This document shows positions 12,960-26,800 of a DNA stretch of 64,000 bases, one piece after another. The notes under the pieces were generated by a model. The model searched no databases. It saw only the letters and a list, made by a program, of their open reading frames with translations, and was not told where the DNA came from. Origin of the DNA: Blasia pusilla (lineage: Eukaryota). The stretch is from positions 28,954,001 through 29,018,000 of the forward strand of contig CM114271.1 of the NCBI GenBank assembly GCA_050084515.1, given 5' to 3'. How positions within the stretch are numbered: position 1 is the stretch's first letter; each line of letters begins with the position of its first letter. The position numbers and the translations under genes were made by a program.

Positions 12960-14570
12960 GGAAGTGTGCGTTCAGTAGGTCGATCAGTGGTCACGCTCTA
13001 GCTCCTTAATGATTTGCACCCAAACACATTCACGTTAGCCATTGTTTGGGTCAACCAATCTCACATCTCCCAAGTCTTGGACTTAAGCTATCCTTCAAGC
13101 TCAAAAATCCAAGCAAGGTTAGATACGGATCATAGTTGGATGGGTACGTCAACATCACGGGGATTTGGAGAGGGGACTCCTATGGCGATTGAGGTGGAGT
13201 TAATGTTGACTGCTTTATCGAAGATGGCCACCAAGGTAAGCCACCCTCCATTTTTTTTTGCTATGGACTTGGCAGTAATGGGAGTTGGACTAGCGGAGGT
13301 GTTTTGGCTTGCCACCACGCTCTTTGAGTATGGAGAAGTTACTACCTCTTGTTAAGAGGCAGTTGTGGAGGAGTGATGGACTTACCCTCGAAGCAAGTGC
13401 TCCTGAGGTCGACTACTTAGTCATGGAAGATTGCAATGGCAAAGTTGGCGGATATGCTAGCCAAAACAGCGATAGAGCGAGCCATGGTAACACTAGTTAT
13501 GGTGTTGTTGGACAATTGGAGTAGGATGTTTCGCTTAGTCAGTTCCACATGTATGGTGTACCACCCACAAGGCGTTCTACTTGACTCAAGAGTGTAGCCC
13601 TTGATATTAGGGAAGGTAGCATGTTTGGGGCGACATTGAGCCTTTTACCTTTCAAATACAAACCTCTACAAGGGGCGTGTCACCCAAAAAGTACATGACC
13701 CGACATGAGCTAGTTGTTAGACTCTAGCCACAACATGCATCAAATGGAGCAATCGTGCACACTTGTGTGATCACGGCATGAGCAGAGTCATATGATATGC
13801 TGGTAGGGTGTATGTTTTATACCACCTTGGTTTTATCCTTGATTTTTGGGAGGAGATAATTTCTTATCGGCTAGGATGACGATTAAGTGATGGACATGTG
13901 AGCCATTTACTTATGCAATTTTCATGTCGTAGTGGTGATCCATGTGGTGATGTAGTGAGTCTTGTGACCACGTTGACGTTGGCAGCATTCACGGGGAATA
14001 AGTACATGGCAAGAGAGTTGTTGGAGGGGAGCATCCATGCAGAGAACAACCCGGTCGTGGAAATTTCCACGGAGAGACATACTTGGATGGGCATCTATTC
14101 CCATGGTGTTGAGACCTCTTCACCATTGTTGGGTACAAGTGTTGACTTGTAGAGGAGTGCACACAAGCTCATGAAGCAAGCATGGAGTCGTGCCGTTGTC
14201 TCAAAGAAGAGAGACTCAAGTGATAGTCGTGCTCTTGGAGTGGAGACTTGATGTCCTTGGATACCACAACTATTGTGTGGCAGCATCAAGAGGAAGGTGG
14301 AAGATAGTGAGAGTGTTGGATCTCTTCAGAGGGTTGAACACTGAGGTTATTTGTAGTATTGCAGGCCAACATATGGATACAGTGATATCTCTAGGTGAAG
14401 AGAGATGAGATGGATTAGAGGGGAAGCATGTGCTGGAAGATATTGCAAGTATGATGGCATTGACGATGCTAGACTCATAAGGATAGTACATCATATCAGA
14501 TAGATGTGATGCCTACCATTTCGCATTACGGTGATTGAATTGCCATTCAAGGGGGCAAGACACTCATGGA
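12960..14570 (+). mobile_element. Old, diverged relic of the DNMT-Gypsy family
   Basis: ~13795-14340 is collinear with 47520-48030, ending in IVRVLDLFRGLNT (motif I, ORF 14190-14408). Boundaries are approximate. Confidence 0.65.
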
Positions 14571-17295
14571 TGGAGACTTACCATATGGACAAGGAAATCT
14601 GAACAAAGAAAAAATCCAAGCCCTTCACTAAAAAAAAAGGATCTCCTTCATAGAAATAGCCTAGAAGCTCAAAATTTGGTTACGTCAGATACCTTATTAT
14701 TGCAATGACAAGGCTCACACATGAAAGATGGCTTCCAATAGGACTACAAAATCACATTGTAGGCATGCTTGCTGGTGCAATAAAAATACCTATATACCCT
14801 ATTATAGAGATAATGTATGAAATAACAAGGACCAAAAAGCAAGCTTATTGTGCCAAAATATGAACCCTATTGTTCAATGGCTAAAATTCCACCAATCATA
14901 TTTTCATATCCAATGTTTAAACCAATTTGGTACACATGGTAAACAAATGCTAAACAAGTGGTTATCATAAATTGTGTAAACTTTACTAACCGCCCATGAA
15001 ATGCTCATGGATACTTTAAGTGTCAACATATTCTTATACAAAGTCAATAGCCAAAGTGGCCTATGCAAGCTATTTCCAAAATGAGAAGGATGGCTTCAGA
15101 GGTGGCATGCCTTAATTAATTGCTCTTGATAGCCTTTTGGAGGACTAAAAAATATATAAGGGTCATGTAAGTAAATGCTAGTAAGGATTACATGACTCTA
15201 CCTAACTTTCTTTAGGAATACTACCCGAACCTTCATTTTGCAAGCGGGCTACAATGTTGTCACTTGACTATACGTAAGTAAATCACTATTAACGAATACT
15301 TGAATCAAAGAAAGGAAGTTAAGGCCAATTTTCTTATAAGTTTCCAAGATGTGAGGAAAAGTATGCACCTCAACATCTTAAGGAATGGGACCCCAATCCG
15401 GTGGAGCATTGCTATTCTCCAAACTTCCCACTTATGCACCAATCCACGATTTAATAAAATCGGTTCCTACCGATTTTATTAACATCAAATCGTGGAATTG
15501 GTCAGGATAGGGGAGACAATTCGGCTTGTAGATGTATCTTTCAACACTATCCTTTTCTTGGCTGAGGTTATAGTTTTATTGCTTTAAGTGAGTGGTAGTG
15601 GGTTGTGGAAAAGACATCTCTTTCTATTGTTTTTGGGTCCTTAGGGTTCTTTGAGGTGGGGGTCCTTTTGAAAAGTCATTTGATGAGTCCTTGATGTCTT
15701 CGTCCAAGCCACCCTATCCATGTACTTCTTTGCAACACAAGTTTGACTTGCTAAAGAATGAATGGATTTTTGGTACTCTTCCATACATTGTACTTTGGAA
15801 TTGAGGCCTTGAAAACTTCTTGAAGAGTTACCAATGGTGCCTTTAAATAACTTGTATGGTCTAGAAAAAATAAAAGTGCACCCTCAATCATTTGTATATA
15901 GTCTCCAACTTTGATTCCCAAATGGCCAAAGATGTATGGTCCAAGGTCCAAACTAGAGTCATGTGGACCATAGTGGATTTGCCAAGCCAATATATGTCCC
16001 AACTAGGTACACTTTGTGTAGCTGATGATGGGAGTAATACATTCACTACCTCGATCCAATCCAAGAAAAAATTTGGTTGGTGCAAGGCAGATAAGGAAAT
16101 ATGATGTATTTCAACATAATGAGATTCATTGGCTGAAAAAAGACCAAAGCTCAAGTTTGGCTTGAGATATTACATGACCCTCCAAGACAAGAAGTAGGTC
16201 TTATTGTGGAGGGAAATTAAGAAGGGTTCCATCATCCAACTTAGAATGCTTCCGTGCCTTACCCAAAATTAGTTTTGTTTTTGGTCTTTGCCCTACTAAC
16301 CATCTCTTGTGCAAGGTACCCTTGACACGCAAGTTGGCAGCAAAGGGAAGCTTAAGTATTCTAGCCTCTATGGAGAAGCACATAGTTATATGCAACATGC
16401 AGTAACATGATTACAACAACAACAACAACCATTTCCATAATGAGATAGGTAAAACACACAAATGACAAGGACCAACAAGTGGACCTAGGAATTTTCATCT
16501 CGGCCATCCTTTTCTGTGAGTGTATCCATGCCATGCTAGTCCTTTTTCTTCCCCTTCTTCTTTCCTTCAAGTTATTGAGTATCAGAAACAAGCCATGGCT
16601 TGAAACAATTGGAGGTGCAAGTTGAAAACTTCAATTAGGTATGCGTGCAAACTCAATGTAGTTAGGACCAAACAAACCCATTCATCCTACTCTGCATTGT
16701 ATAAAAAATATTTGAACTCTATTTGAGAGAAATGTAATTAATATTGAGTGTTGTGATTGATTTAATAGAGCTTAGTGATTCCATAGGTGTTGTGCCCCTT
16801 GATCATGCTTGGCTCTTTCTTGAAGAGCTAACTTGGTCCCAAGGATACATCCCGCCAAGGAGATGAACTACATTTGAGTACACGTGCTTGATGCCCTACA
16901 CGCATCAAGCAAGTCACAATCTCTTTCGACACTTATTGCTGGTGGAGTCTAATTTCCCTCTTGAGATCCTACTTGACAAAAACTTAACATCTTGGGTCAA
17001 CAAATATGATGGGTATTTTGGTATATATATCCTAAGGCATGCTTTATCAAAGATGACTTTATGGTCCTTAATTACTTGAAAGCCTCATTTCCGCCATGGA
17101 ACTTATCACCTCCAACAAGTCCAATGTTGTGGAAGAAACAAAACCATCAATACGTTCATGAATGTTAATTTCCTCAATAAGATAGACTTTTTTAGGAGTA
17201 ACCCAAGCACCCATATTGTGAATTATTGGAATCCTTTAGAAAAACCCCTCCTTTTTAGTCTCATCAAACACATGACCCTAGCTAAATATGCTCTC

Positions 17296-18327
17296 TGTCG
17301 CGACCCTCATAACCAAACAACACCAAATACGCGCCAAGCGAAACATCAGAACTCAAAGGAACTCACGCCGCGAGGTTTGCGCTTTGGAGAGGCGTTTGGA
17401 AGAGTCTCTTGGAAAAGTCTAAGAGACGAAACGCGGAACAGAGTTGTGCATTTCATGCGTTAATGGTCGCGACCAGGAAACCTAGACCAAACGCGAGCCG
17501 AGACTTGAGATGAGTTGAGTCTTGGAGGTTGGTTGCCAAAGAGGTGAGAACCAGTTTGGAACATGACTAGCGTTTGGGAGAATCTGACTGTGTTTAGGAC
17601 CATAACGTTGAGCTCCGAGATGCATTTGGGACAAGTAAGGGCGCGTTGGAAAGCTGATCTCAAGACGCTTCCAACGCACCAAAGATCTCAGCAAACGCAT
17701 AAGTACAGGCTGAGATATTGGCCGAAAACGATTCAGAGAGCAATCGGGTTGAGGGCCAATTGGAGGGGCCCGGTGTCTTTCCCTAAATGTAGGGGGCCCC
17801 CGGAGATCCCCAGAAGTACTAGTAAGGGGAGTACCTTCTCTGAGATGTCTCGGGAAACGAAACCCCACTTTGGGCGCTAAACGGCGTTTCAGAGGCACGG
17901 GATGAAACGAGAGTTTGGCGCGAAAACCCGAAACCCAAACCTGATCCAAGGGAGTGGACTTTGTACGCCACACTTGGATTCCAACCCGAGATTCACTTCG
18001 TGCGAGTCTTGGTGAGGAACTCATTGGATGTTCATTGGACAGATTGGAACCGCTAGCGCTAAACGCCGCTTTCAGTTCCCTGAACCGACTGAAAGTCTGT
18101 CCCAAGTCTTTCGAGACTTGCCCGTGTTGGAAACCGCGAAACTAGAAAGGTTGAGCTTGAAGAGAGAGTCGGAGACGAGAACTCGGAAAGTAATCCCGCT
18201 GATTGATCCAAGACCCGACTAACCGAAGTGCGTGTTTGGATGCATATCAACGTTGAGAGCGTGACCTACTGAACGCACACTTCCGCAACAAACAAGATTA
18301 ACGTTCAAGGAGAGTAGGCGCACGACA
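17296..18327 (+). mobile_element. Solo LTR (1032 bp), same family as 11493-12522
   Basis: TGTCGCG...CACGACA termini, perfect TSD CTCTC (17291-17295 and 18328-18332). Confidence 0.95.
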
Positions 18328-20804
18328 CTCTCCTTGATGTCTAAGATGATAGTGTCTTTGTATGAGCCCTACTCTTCAAATACCACTTTGAATTGTATTT
18401 GCCTTTGTTTTTGGAAATGAAAATCCAGCCAAATCTGACCACCTTCTCTCCCTTCCTTGGATGAGAAATCAATTGGATAGATAAGTCTATATACAAAAAT
18501 GTGCAACCAATCATACACACCTAAGGGAATTCCCAAGACAATCAAGTCTTGTGGATAAATGGCATTATGATTAACCGTGACTAGATTTACAAATAACATC
18601 TCTCAAGGACAAATGAGGGTGTGGAAGACAATGTTGACCATGTCTCAACAATCCCTAACCCATAAAACAAAAACTTCTTGATATACCACTGACACCAAAA
18701 CTCACTCTTTAACCTAAACCATGACCTGCACTAGGTCCAAGAGGTTGGAAATTTGGTTACTCATAGCCACCCTAATCCTTAAAGATCTACGAAATGCTAG
18801 TGGAATCCTACAACCTTGCCACACATTCATGAAGAGTTACAAAATTTAGTTTCGACTCTCATCTCAAAGTTGACAATGTACTATTCTTTCTCTATTAATA
18901 CGTGGCTAAAAATTCCCAACCTCATAGCTCCTTCCACTTTGAATTGATTTCGATTTGTTTTATGGCATCACTTTCTTCTTAGAATCATGCACGGGTAGGA
19001 CAATGTCCTCCTTCTGAAAGATGGCCAATTCAGATAAAATGTAGTGCATTAGAGTGACATTGAAGTGCGTCGATTGAAGAGTTAGGGGTTGTGGGACCAA
19101 CTGCCCATGCTAACAAAACTAATAAACTCTCGATGTCATACACTTGGTCTTCATGATAATCTTTGGTTTAAGGACGACAAGATTACGATCCTTGAGATTT
19201 GAATAGATCAAATATTATTGAAACTATGCCAAAAAATGACTTAATAATTGGCAGCAATGGTAGAGCATTACACAATGATTATCTTGAATATGAAGCCACC
19301 ATTAAATCTAAAGAGTTACACTAGGAGTTACATGGATTAAGATGTGGTCATGTCTTGGACCTGGATGTCATATTTTGTTTTGTATTTCATGTATGTTTGC
19401 TTGTGGCAACTATACCGAGGTATTTAAAAGGCCGATGATTCTAATTACGACGATAATTACTTCATTGCTATATACCATCTTTAAAATCCAATATATTTTC
19501 CAGTCTCCGTTAGTTATGGACATCTCCACGTGGCACTGGATTCTTACTGGACTGACCATAGTAGAGAGAGGAAAGTAATCGAATACAGTCCGGTGTCGTT
19601 AAGGAATCCCAATACCACAGAACAGAATACCGGTAAGTTCGCTCGACCGTAGTTTCTTGTCAACGCAAGCCATTCAAACTCCCACAAATGAGAAACATCC
19701 ACGTCATACTGACACGCTGCACCGCCAATCAAAGTCCGTCCCTTTCTCCGTTACTCGCCACAACTGCACTAGAGTCTAGACTCCCATCACGGGCTCATCA
19801 CCTCCCCGGTCCACGGTCACCGGCTCCGATCGGGGCATGTGAATCACCGACCGACGCTGTTACTCCCTCATATAATAACGAAGCAAGAGCACGGTGATTG
19901 CCGGTTGTTCCCGCAAGTCGTGTCGGCTTTCCCTCACCTTACCCGGATGTCACCCACGCCGGTAATGGACGACCGGGATGGAGTAATCTCTCATGTGGGG
20001 ACATAGAGAATATATTGATTAGAGTCCGGGACACAAGACGACGGTGATGGCGTTGGTGACTCGTCGTCGTGCGAGAGTAGAAGCAGCTCCGATGGCGTGC
20101 GTACGAAGGTACTGTCGTAACGTAATTGTTTGTATTTGTATGTTTGAGGATATCTCTTGGCGGCGAGCGCCATCCGACGCGCATCTGCTGTGGACCTATC
20201 AAGGGGAGCGGGATCTACAATTCTGGAGGCGAGAAGAATACGGCGCGGAATGAAAAAATGAGATCCGAGGAAGGAATGCGGAGTACGATTGCGCCTTTTG
20301 GAATGAAGGGGAAGATGCCTGATAGAGCAGACGAACGTACCTGCGAAGAGTAGATCGGTAATTACGGTGGTGTAGACTCCTTTTCGCGGTGCCTCTATTT
20401 TGTTGTCTTCCTCGTATGCGGGGAGAGTCGAGAAGAGTAGGTGTATTTATAATTAATTAAGCGGATTGGAGGATGTGGTTTGAATGAGAATCAAGAGGCT
20501 GTGACTGAACGGAACAAATGTAATCAAGTTTAGAAAGCCTCCGACGAGTTTTGTTAGGAATCGGACCTAAGACGTAGAGGCGCTGTGGAACTCTGTCTGG
20601 TGGTGGTGAAAGCTTTATGTTAATCGAATTGTCTCACGACCTGGTTGTGGCTTTCGATCCTGTTCCGTCGGAATCATAATCTCGCTTGTGCTTCCGTGCG
20701 ATGTTGGTCCGTCCTCTAACGTATATCCACTAGTTTAGTACTGTCGATTGAGTTTCTGCAGCCTCTGAGGTAAAATACTTGGCGTTGCCAACGATCTCCT
20801 CCGC

Positions 20805-23800
20805 ATGTTGCAGCAAACACATCCAATTCGCGGTTGGGCAACGATGCAGGAGTTGATGATGTCGGTGCTACGGCAAGTGAGAGAAAAGGTGGAGGTCGCG
20901 CGTCAGACCACGAACGAATTTATCGCGCAGTTTGAGCCAATTGTAGCAGTTTCGGCATCCATTTTGTGCTGGATTCTCCTGTCTGTATTTGTACGGCTGG
21001 TTCATTCGGCTACTTCGTCACTCGCTGAACACGGTCGGTGTAGACAACGTGGAGGCTCAGTTTTTCCTTGAGACCAGTAGAATTCATGTTTATTTTTTCA
21101 CAATTTCTGGTGGCTTTTTTTGTGCGACGAGGGTTGTTTCCTCCGTCGTCTGTACGTCGCTTGCAGAATCTGTCAACAACTGCATTTTTCCCATCGATAT
21201 GAATGAATCATTGACTGTTCGAGGATCGAAAATATTCACTTTTACCATACCTGGTTGGATTCCATCAACAGGGATAGACTCCAATCATTTTTTTCTCGAA
21301 ACTTGCATTGTCAATATTTCTTGGACATGCGATCATTTGAATTATGACACATCAGAACAACTGCAAAATTATGGCTCGTGTTTCAATGAGCATTGCAGCG
21401 GAATGAGTGGAGCATTATTGAAGAACCTTGCTAAGAAACGCCCACCGATGCGTCGTAATCCTAAAGCTGATTATCCTTACATGGTTGTTCCGTAGGGCTG
21501 AAAAATTCTCTCGCGAAACTAGCGTTCAGGTTTATCGAGTAAGCCATCGTTTCACTATATGGACAATTGTCCATTTCGATTCGGCTTCATTTTTCAGAGG
21601 ATCCATCCCAAATGGCAATTCTAAAGGCCACACTTGCATGTCTGGTCGCAGATGGATCCCTGGTGCAAATGACTACATCAGGAAAGAGCAGAATAAGGTG
21701 AGAATCATCTTGGTTGTCAACCTAAACTTATTCGCTTCCAGCTCCTTCAAAATGCTGGTTTTTCCGAAATAAGGCCAGTTGATCTAGCACGGGAAATTTT
21801 CTCCAAGTACATGATAGCAAGCTACGGACGTGTGAAATCTGAACCCTGATGGAAGTCAAGGAGGTTGGTCAAGGGGAGATGTGTTTCTAACTGACGTCCA
21901 GCTTGGGAGAGATAAACTCAGTGTTTTGTCAATGGATTAAAGGTCGGTTAAGAGTTCTACTGTTGATCAGAATGTCGCCAGTGTACTTCAGACGCGTAGG
22001 TGATGTTTCGATGCTTCCGATATTATCTTTGTCCTTCAAGGATTGCGGTTGCTCCACATCCTAACGAAGGAACTTACAGAATTTGAGTACACTGGGGGTT
22101 CTGTAATACTTCAGTCTTTAGAGTTGTACCTCTTTCGAATTTTGGTATAGCTGAAGGCAAGGCTAACTGTGGAAAAAACTCCCGATTGTCCAGCGAAACT
22201 GATAGAATTGCTGACGCTGACCTGCTGGTGCGAGACGTTGTGCTTTTTCTTGGTCAGGTTATTGATAGGTTGCAGTCAAGCATGAAATCCGAACGAGAAT
22301 GCTGGCGTACAGAGCTGCCATTTACTGGTCTCGGGACTGGAGTTATCGATCAGCTGAAGGCTGAGAAGTCGAGAGACAAACACTGGCAAGGGAAATGTTC
22401 CGGAGCAGTGTAGGTATTATATCACATGTATTCAAGTCCAGTTCAAGATATCTCTGTCTCTTCAAAGTTCGTATGTTATACCCCCACGTGGATCTCTCAG
22501 CTTTCTGAACGTTCATAATCGCATTACTTCATAAATGCATCATTGCATGCACATTCTTCTGCAAAAAGAATCTACAAGAAGTTTATCCATGCGCTCTTTC
22601 TTATCCCAGCACGTCTTGAAGTCAGTATGGGCGTCAAACCCATTGAGGTGTCATTTTATTACGTTGAACAGGGAATTTCTCGAGTCGTCTTCTCTTTTTC
22701 TACCAGACTTCAGCCAAAACCAGTAGTTTTCGCTAGGTATTGTCAGTATAGATCTCCCGCATTCTTCCTTAGGTCTTGGGACCAATCCTCTGAAGAGGCA
22801 ATCCTGTGTCTGTGCAGGTACATAGGAGGGAGTGAGACTGATGGACATTTTGCTATCGTGAACGAGGCATATTCTCTGTAAGACTTATTTCCAGTACATG
22901 GTTAATCAGTATATTTTGTGTCCACCTTTTAATGCTTCTAGGTCATTCCAAAATTAATACCACCTGGAATCTGTGCATTGTTACTTTTCTTTTGCAGCTT
23001 TGCACACACGAACCCTCTACATCCAGACGTCTTTCCGAGCATAGCACGCTTTGAGGCTGAGGTAGTTGCAATGACTGCAGCGTTATTCGGAAGTAAGAAT
23101 AGCAGTTCAGGAGGAAAAGTTTGCGGCAACATGACTTCTGGAGGCACTGAAAGCATTCTTATGGCTGTGAAGACTGCACGCGACTACATGGCAGCTACGC
23201 GAGGAATTACCAAACCTGAGATGTAAGACTCCAGAACTGGTACACAGGATATGTTCACCTATGTAATTAGAGATTGAAATGATGATCTTATGTCTTCTTA
23301 TTGACGGGACCCTTTCTTTTGCAAATGCACTTTTGGAAACTTTCAACCGGTTAAATTGAACTTATGACGTTAGATCCATTTTTTTTCTCCTTCACGCTAG
23401 AGAGATGAAGTGAGTTTCAAGTAGAAAAGGCAGCAAAGTTAAAGAGAACTACGAAATGGCTCTCTCAAGACTTGAAGACCTCTTCCATCAGCAAGCATAG
23501 GGAGAACATTTGTGGAGAGTCTAGTGATGCTCACATCTTCGAAACTAAACAACAAGATCAACTAAGAGTCGGCACAAGCTAATCAATAGCTACGAAATTC
23601 TCTATCCAAAATTGACCAAGTTATCTATCCGTACAGAAAATTCAAAAGAAATCTGAACTGATCACCATTACAATATGGTCCGGCACGTGAAGATCGCCGG
23701 ATTCTTATTGTAGCTTGGTGGTATCTCATGTTGCTTGGATGTCTTCATTGTTGCTTTGACTCAATATCTAATGGACTTTCGTGTCCTGATTCTGTAAAGA

Positions 23801-26800
23801 TAGCAAAGCATGTGGAGCTTTTAAATTGCACGATTGATACTTATTCCTAACGATACCTGGAAGTTTGTACGACCCTATGATATTCGTTTTGTATAGAACT
23901 TCCAGAAATGATGGTTCTTGTATCTTAGGATAATCCCGGTTTCTGCGCACTCTGCTTACGACAAGGCAGCCCACTACTTCAAGATCAAGTTACGACGTGC
24001 CCCCGTCAGGGAAGACTTGAGAGCGGATGTACAGGCCGTCAAGAAGCTCATAAACAGAAATACAATCATGGTGGGTTCCGTTGATTTTGAATGCTCTTTG
24101 GCCTAGTTTGCCGTCCTCTTTTATCCATGGATAATGGATTGTCTTCTGTTCTTCTTAGTTGCTGATACAGTCAACCAGCAGTCCATTACTTTTCTTTTCC
24201 TATTTTCTTCAATAGAGACTCATCAATAGCGCCCGATAGTTGTTTGTCGTGAACCGTACGTAGCGTTGGAAGTGGATCCATGAAGATCTGGAGACAAAGT
24301 TTATGATAGATTCCCACAGATTATCTCACAGACCTTGCTACTCAATTTTGACATGGCTTTGTCCGAAATAGCTGTTGAGTCGGAATCGATTGGAGAGCGC
24401 TCTTTAGTCTTTCAGTTTCGCTAGTTAAAAGTGTGGTGAATGTCTTGGCTTGGTTTGACTTTTCCCCAACGATGCTTAGATTAGATTGCGTGGGATCAAC
24501 AGGAATGCTTTCAGAAACTATTAAATTCTGCTGTCACATTTTGCAACTGAATTTATGTTAAAAGAGACTTCATGCAGTGATTCAACTTCCTGTACAGACT
24601 TTGGCTCTGCTTTCCGAAGGCTGCTGAATTCGTGGATGTTAGTCTTGCAGATTATTGGTTCAGCCCCAGGTTTTCCTCATGGTGTCATTGACCCTATCGA
24701 GGTAATGTCATAATCCTGACCTAAGGCCTTCACCTCTGATCCTCACGCTGTCAAGCTTTCAGAATTTAAATTTTTATGCAAAGTAATCGGTACCTTGAGG
24801 ATTGTTCAAACCTTCTTTGGTATTTTTGGAATCGCAGGAACTGGGAGCTTTGGCTCTGGACAGGCGCATCTGCTTCCATGTGGATCTATGTCTCGGGGGT
24901 TTTGTTCTGCCGTTTGCTCGCAAACTCGGGTATGTTAACCTGCCTTAAGCTGCTGTGTTGCGGCAAAAGGCATATTTGTTTCTATCCGTTTCTATCACCT
25001 CGAATAGTTCCTGAATATCGCCTCGTATGGTTCTAGATGTGCATGTTTGGATTCTGATCCAGGGTTAGAGTTCAGAAGATTTGCTCATTTTAATAACTAG
25101 GCAGCCCTAATTATGGTGGAATAGGTACAATTTGAGAAGGGGCTGGTAAAATTCGGAGCTTTAAACAAAACCGAAGGGATGTGCAATGACTTTTTTATCC
25201 GTTCTGACTTCCAAAAGAACACTCGTAATCCTCATAAGAAAGAACCATTCCAATCAGTTGTCGTAGACGTAGGATGTAAACCACCACTCTTGAGATTATT
25301 CTAGACAGGTGGTTCGCGCAATTTAAGATTACGGTTGCGTCCCAAAGTATTAGATTGCAACAGATGAATGTTCCATTCCCTTGCCGAGCTCTCGTTGTTT
25401 GGGATAAAGAATAGGAGTCGTCATGAATTCTAGGGTTGTCATGCTATGAAGTGCAGCGTCTCTAGTCGTATAATCAAGAGGTAAAATGAAAGATATTCAC
25501 CTTTTGAATAGCGAAATTTCAAAATCTTGTTCAGAAAGAGGTGTATCGTAGGTTGTCCTAAGTGGTATTCATTGTTCGAGATATACTATGTGCAGGTATG
25601 GCGTATCTGCCTTCGATTTCACCGTGCCTGGAGTGACTTCAATGTCCGTAGACGTGCACAAGTATGGCCTCGGACCCAAAGGAACAAGTGTCGTGCTTTA
25701 CAAGAATCATGAGATTCGTAAGGTGCTTTAATTCGTCTCATCCTTGCCTCACCGACAAGGACGCACAATAAGTGTTGCTGACAACTTCTTCATTGATTCA
25801 ACTGTCAGGCGTCCTCCAAAGCTAGCTAAAACATTGATTTCTCTATCTTTTGAATGTGTTTAGAGTGTTGCTTTTGAGCGCTATCTGTAGGTGCTAGTCA
25901 CAAGGTTTCGTGCGTCTTGCGATGGTAGAATTATTGCCCTGGTTTGACAGTGCGAGAGACTGGTACAGACAGAGAGAGAAAAAAGTGAAGATCTCGTATA
26001 TAGTGTGAGTGGCTACAAGACACGGTCTAAGTGCAGAGCTTCCATGTGCCAGCCGAAAATCTCTTTAGTAAATAATCTATCTAAGCTCAATTAGGGCCCC
26101 ATAAAGCATTACTTATCAGTCCAGCAGCTTTGGGCTCTGAATATGGACTGCTGAACTTGACTAACAGCTCTGATGATACTAGTTGAGCAACTTTGGCGTG
26201 GATATTTACTTTTTTTGCCATAGAGTTCTCACAAGTAAACAGATTGCGATTGAGGTCTATACAGAGAAAATAAATGAACTTATTTATTGCCCACAGTGAC
26301 CCAAGAAAGAGACACATACAGAGAGCGAGGTGGTCTTTATAATGCAGTCCTATGTTACGAGGGACACTTGAGACGTAAATCTGACTCATCTGTGACTTTG
26401 TCCCTGGATGTCGTTTGCTGTCTTGGCTTTGAACAGCATCAATTTGTTGCCGGTGAGTAGTCTGGATTTATATACACTGCAAAGAAGATTGAGACTCAAT
26501 ATTTCTTGCTTACACATCTGTTATTTTGCTGAATCTAGCGACCTTTTTCAATTTTGCGTCGAGAATCGTCCAGGTCGTCCACTCGTGGTCTGTACTTCCC
26601 ATGTCCGAAACTCACGTAAAGTTCCTAGGTAAGATATGTAGATGCGTAACGTGATCTAGCGTATCATGGAACTCCATGCAGTTACGGGAAGCTGGTCTGC
26701 TCTTACTTGAGGGCCCTCAGTCTATGCCATGACTCTATCTCAATGCCCAACATAGCCCACCTTTGTGTGAATTCATCTAGCCATAAGCTCAGTGTCAAGA

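Noticed and set aside
15500-19000. LINE (L1-like) RT relic on the minus strand (e.g. LIVLGIPLG, VVNVLL)
   Set aside because: The motifs are too short and degenerate to support without a translated search.
19688-20353. Short ORFs upstream of the lyase gene
   Set aside because: No recognisable domains; probably promoter or 5' UTR sequence.
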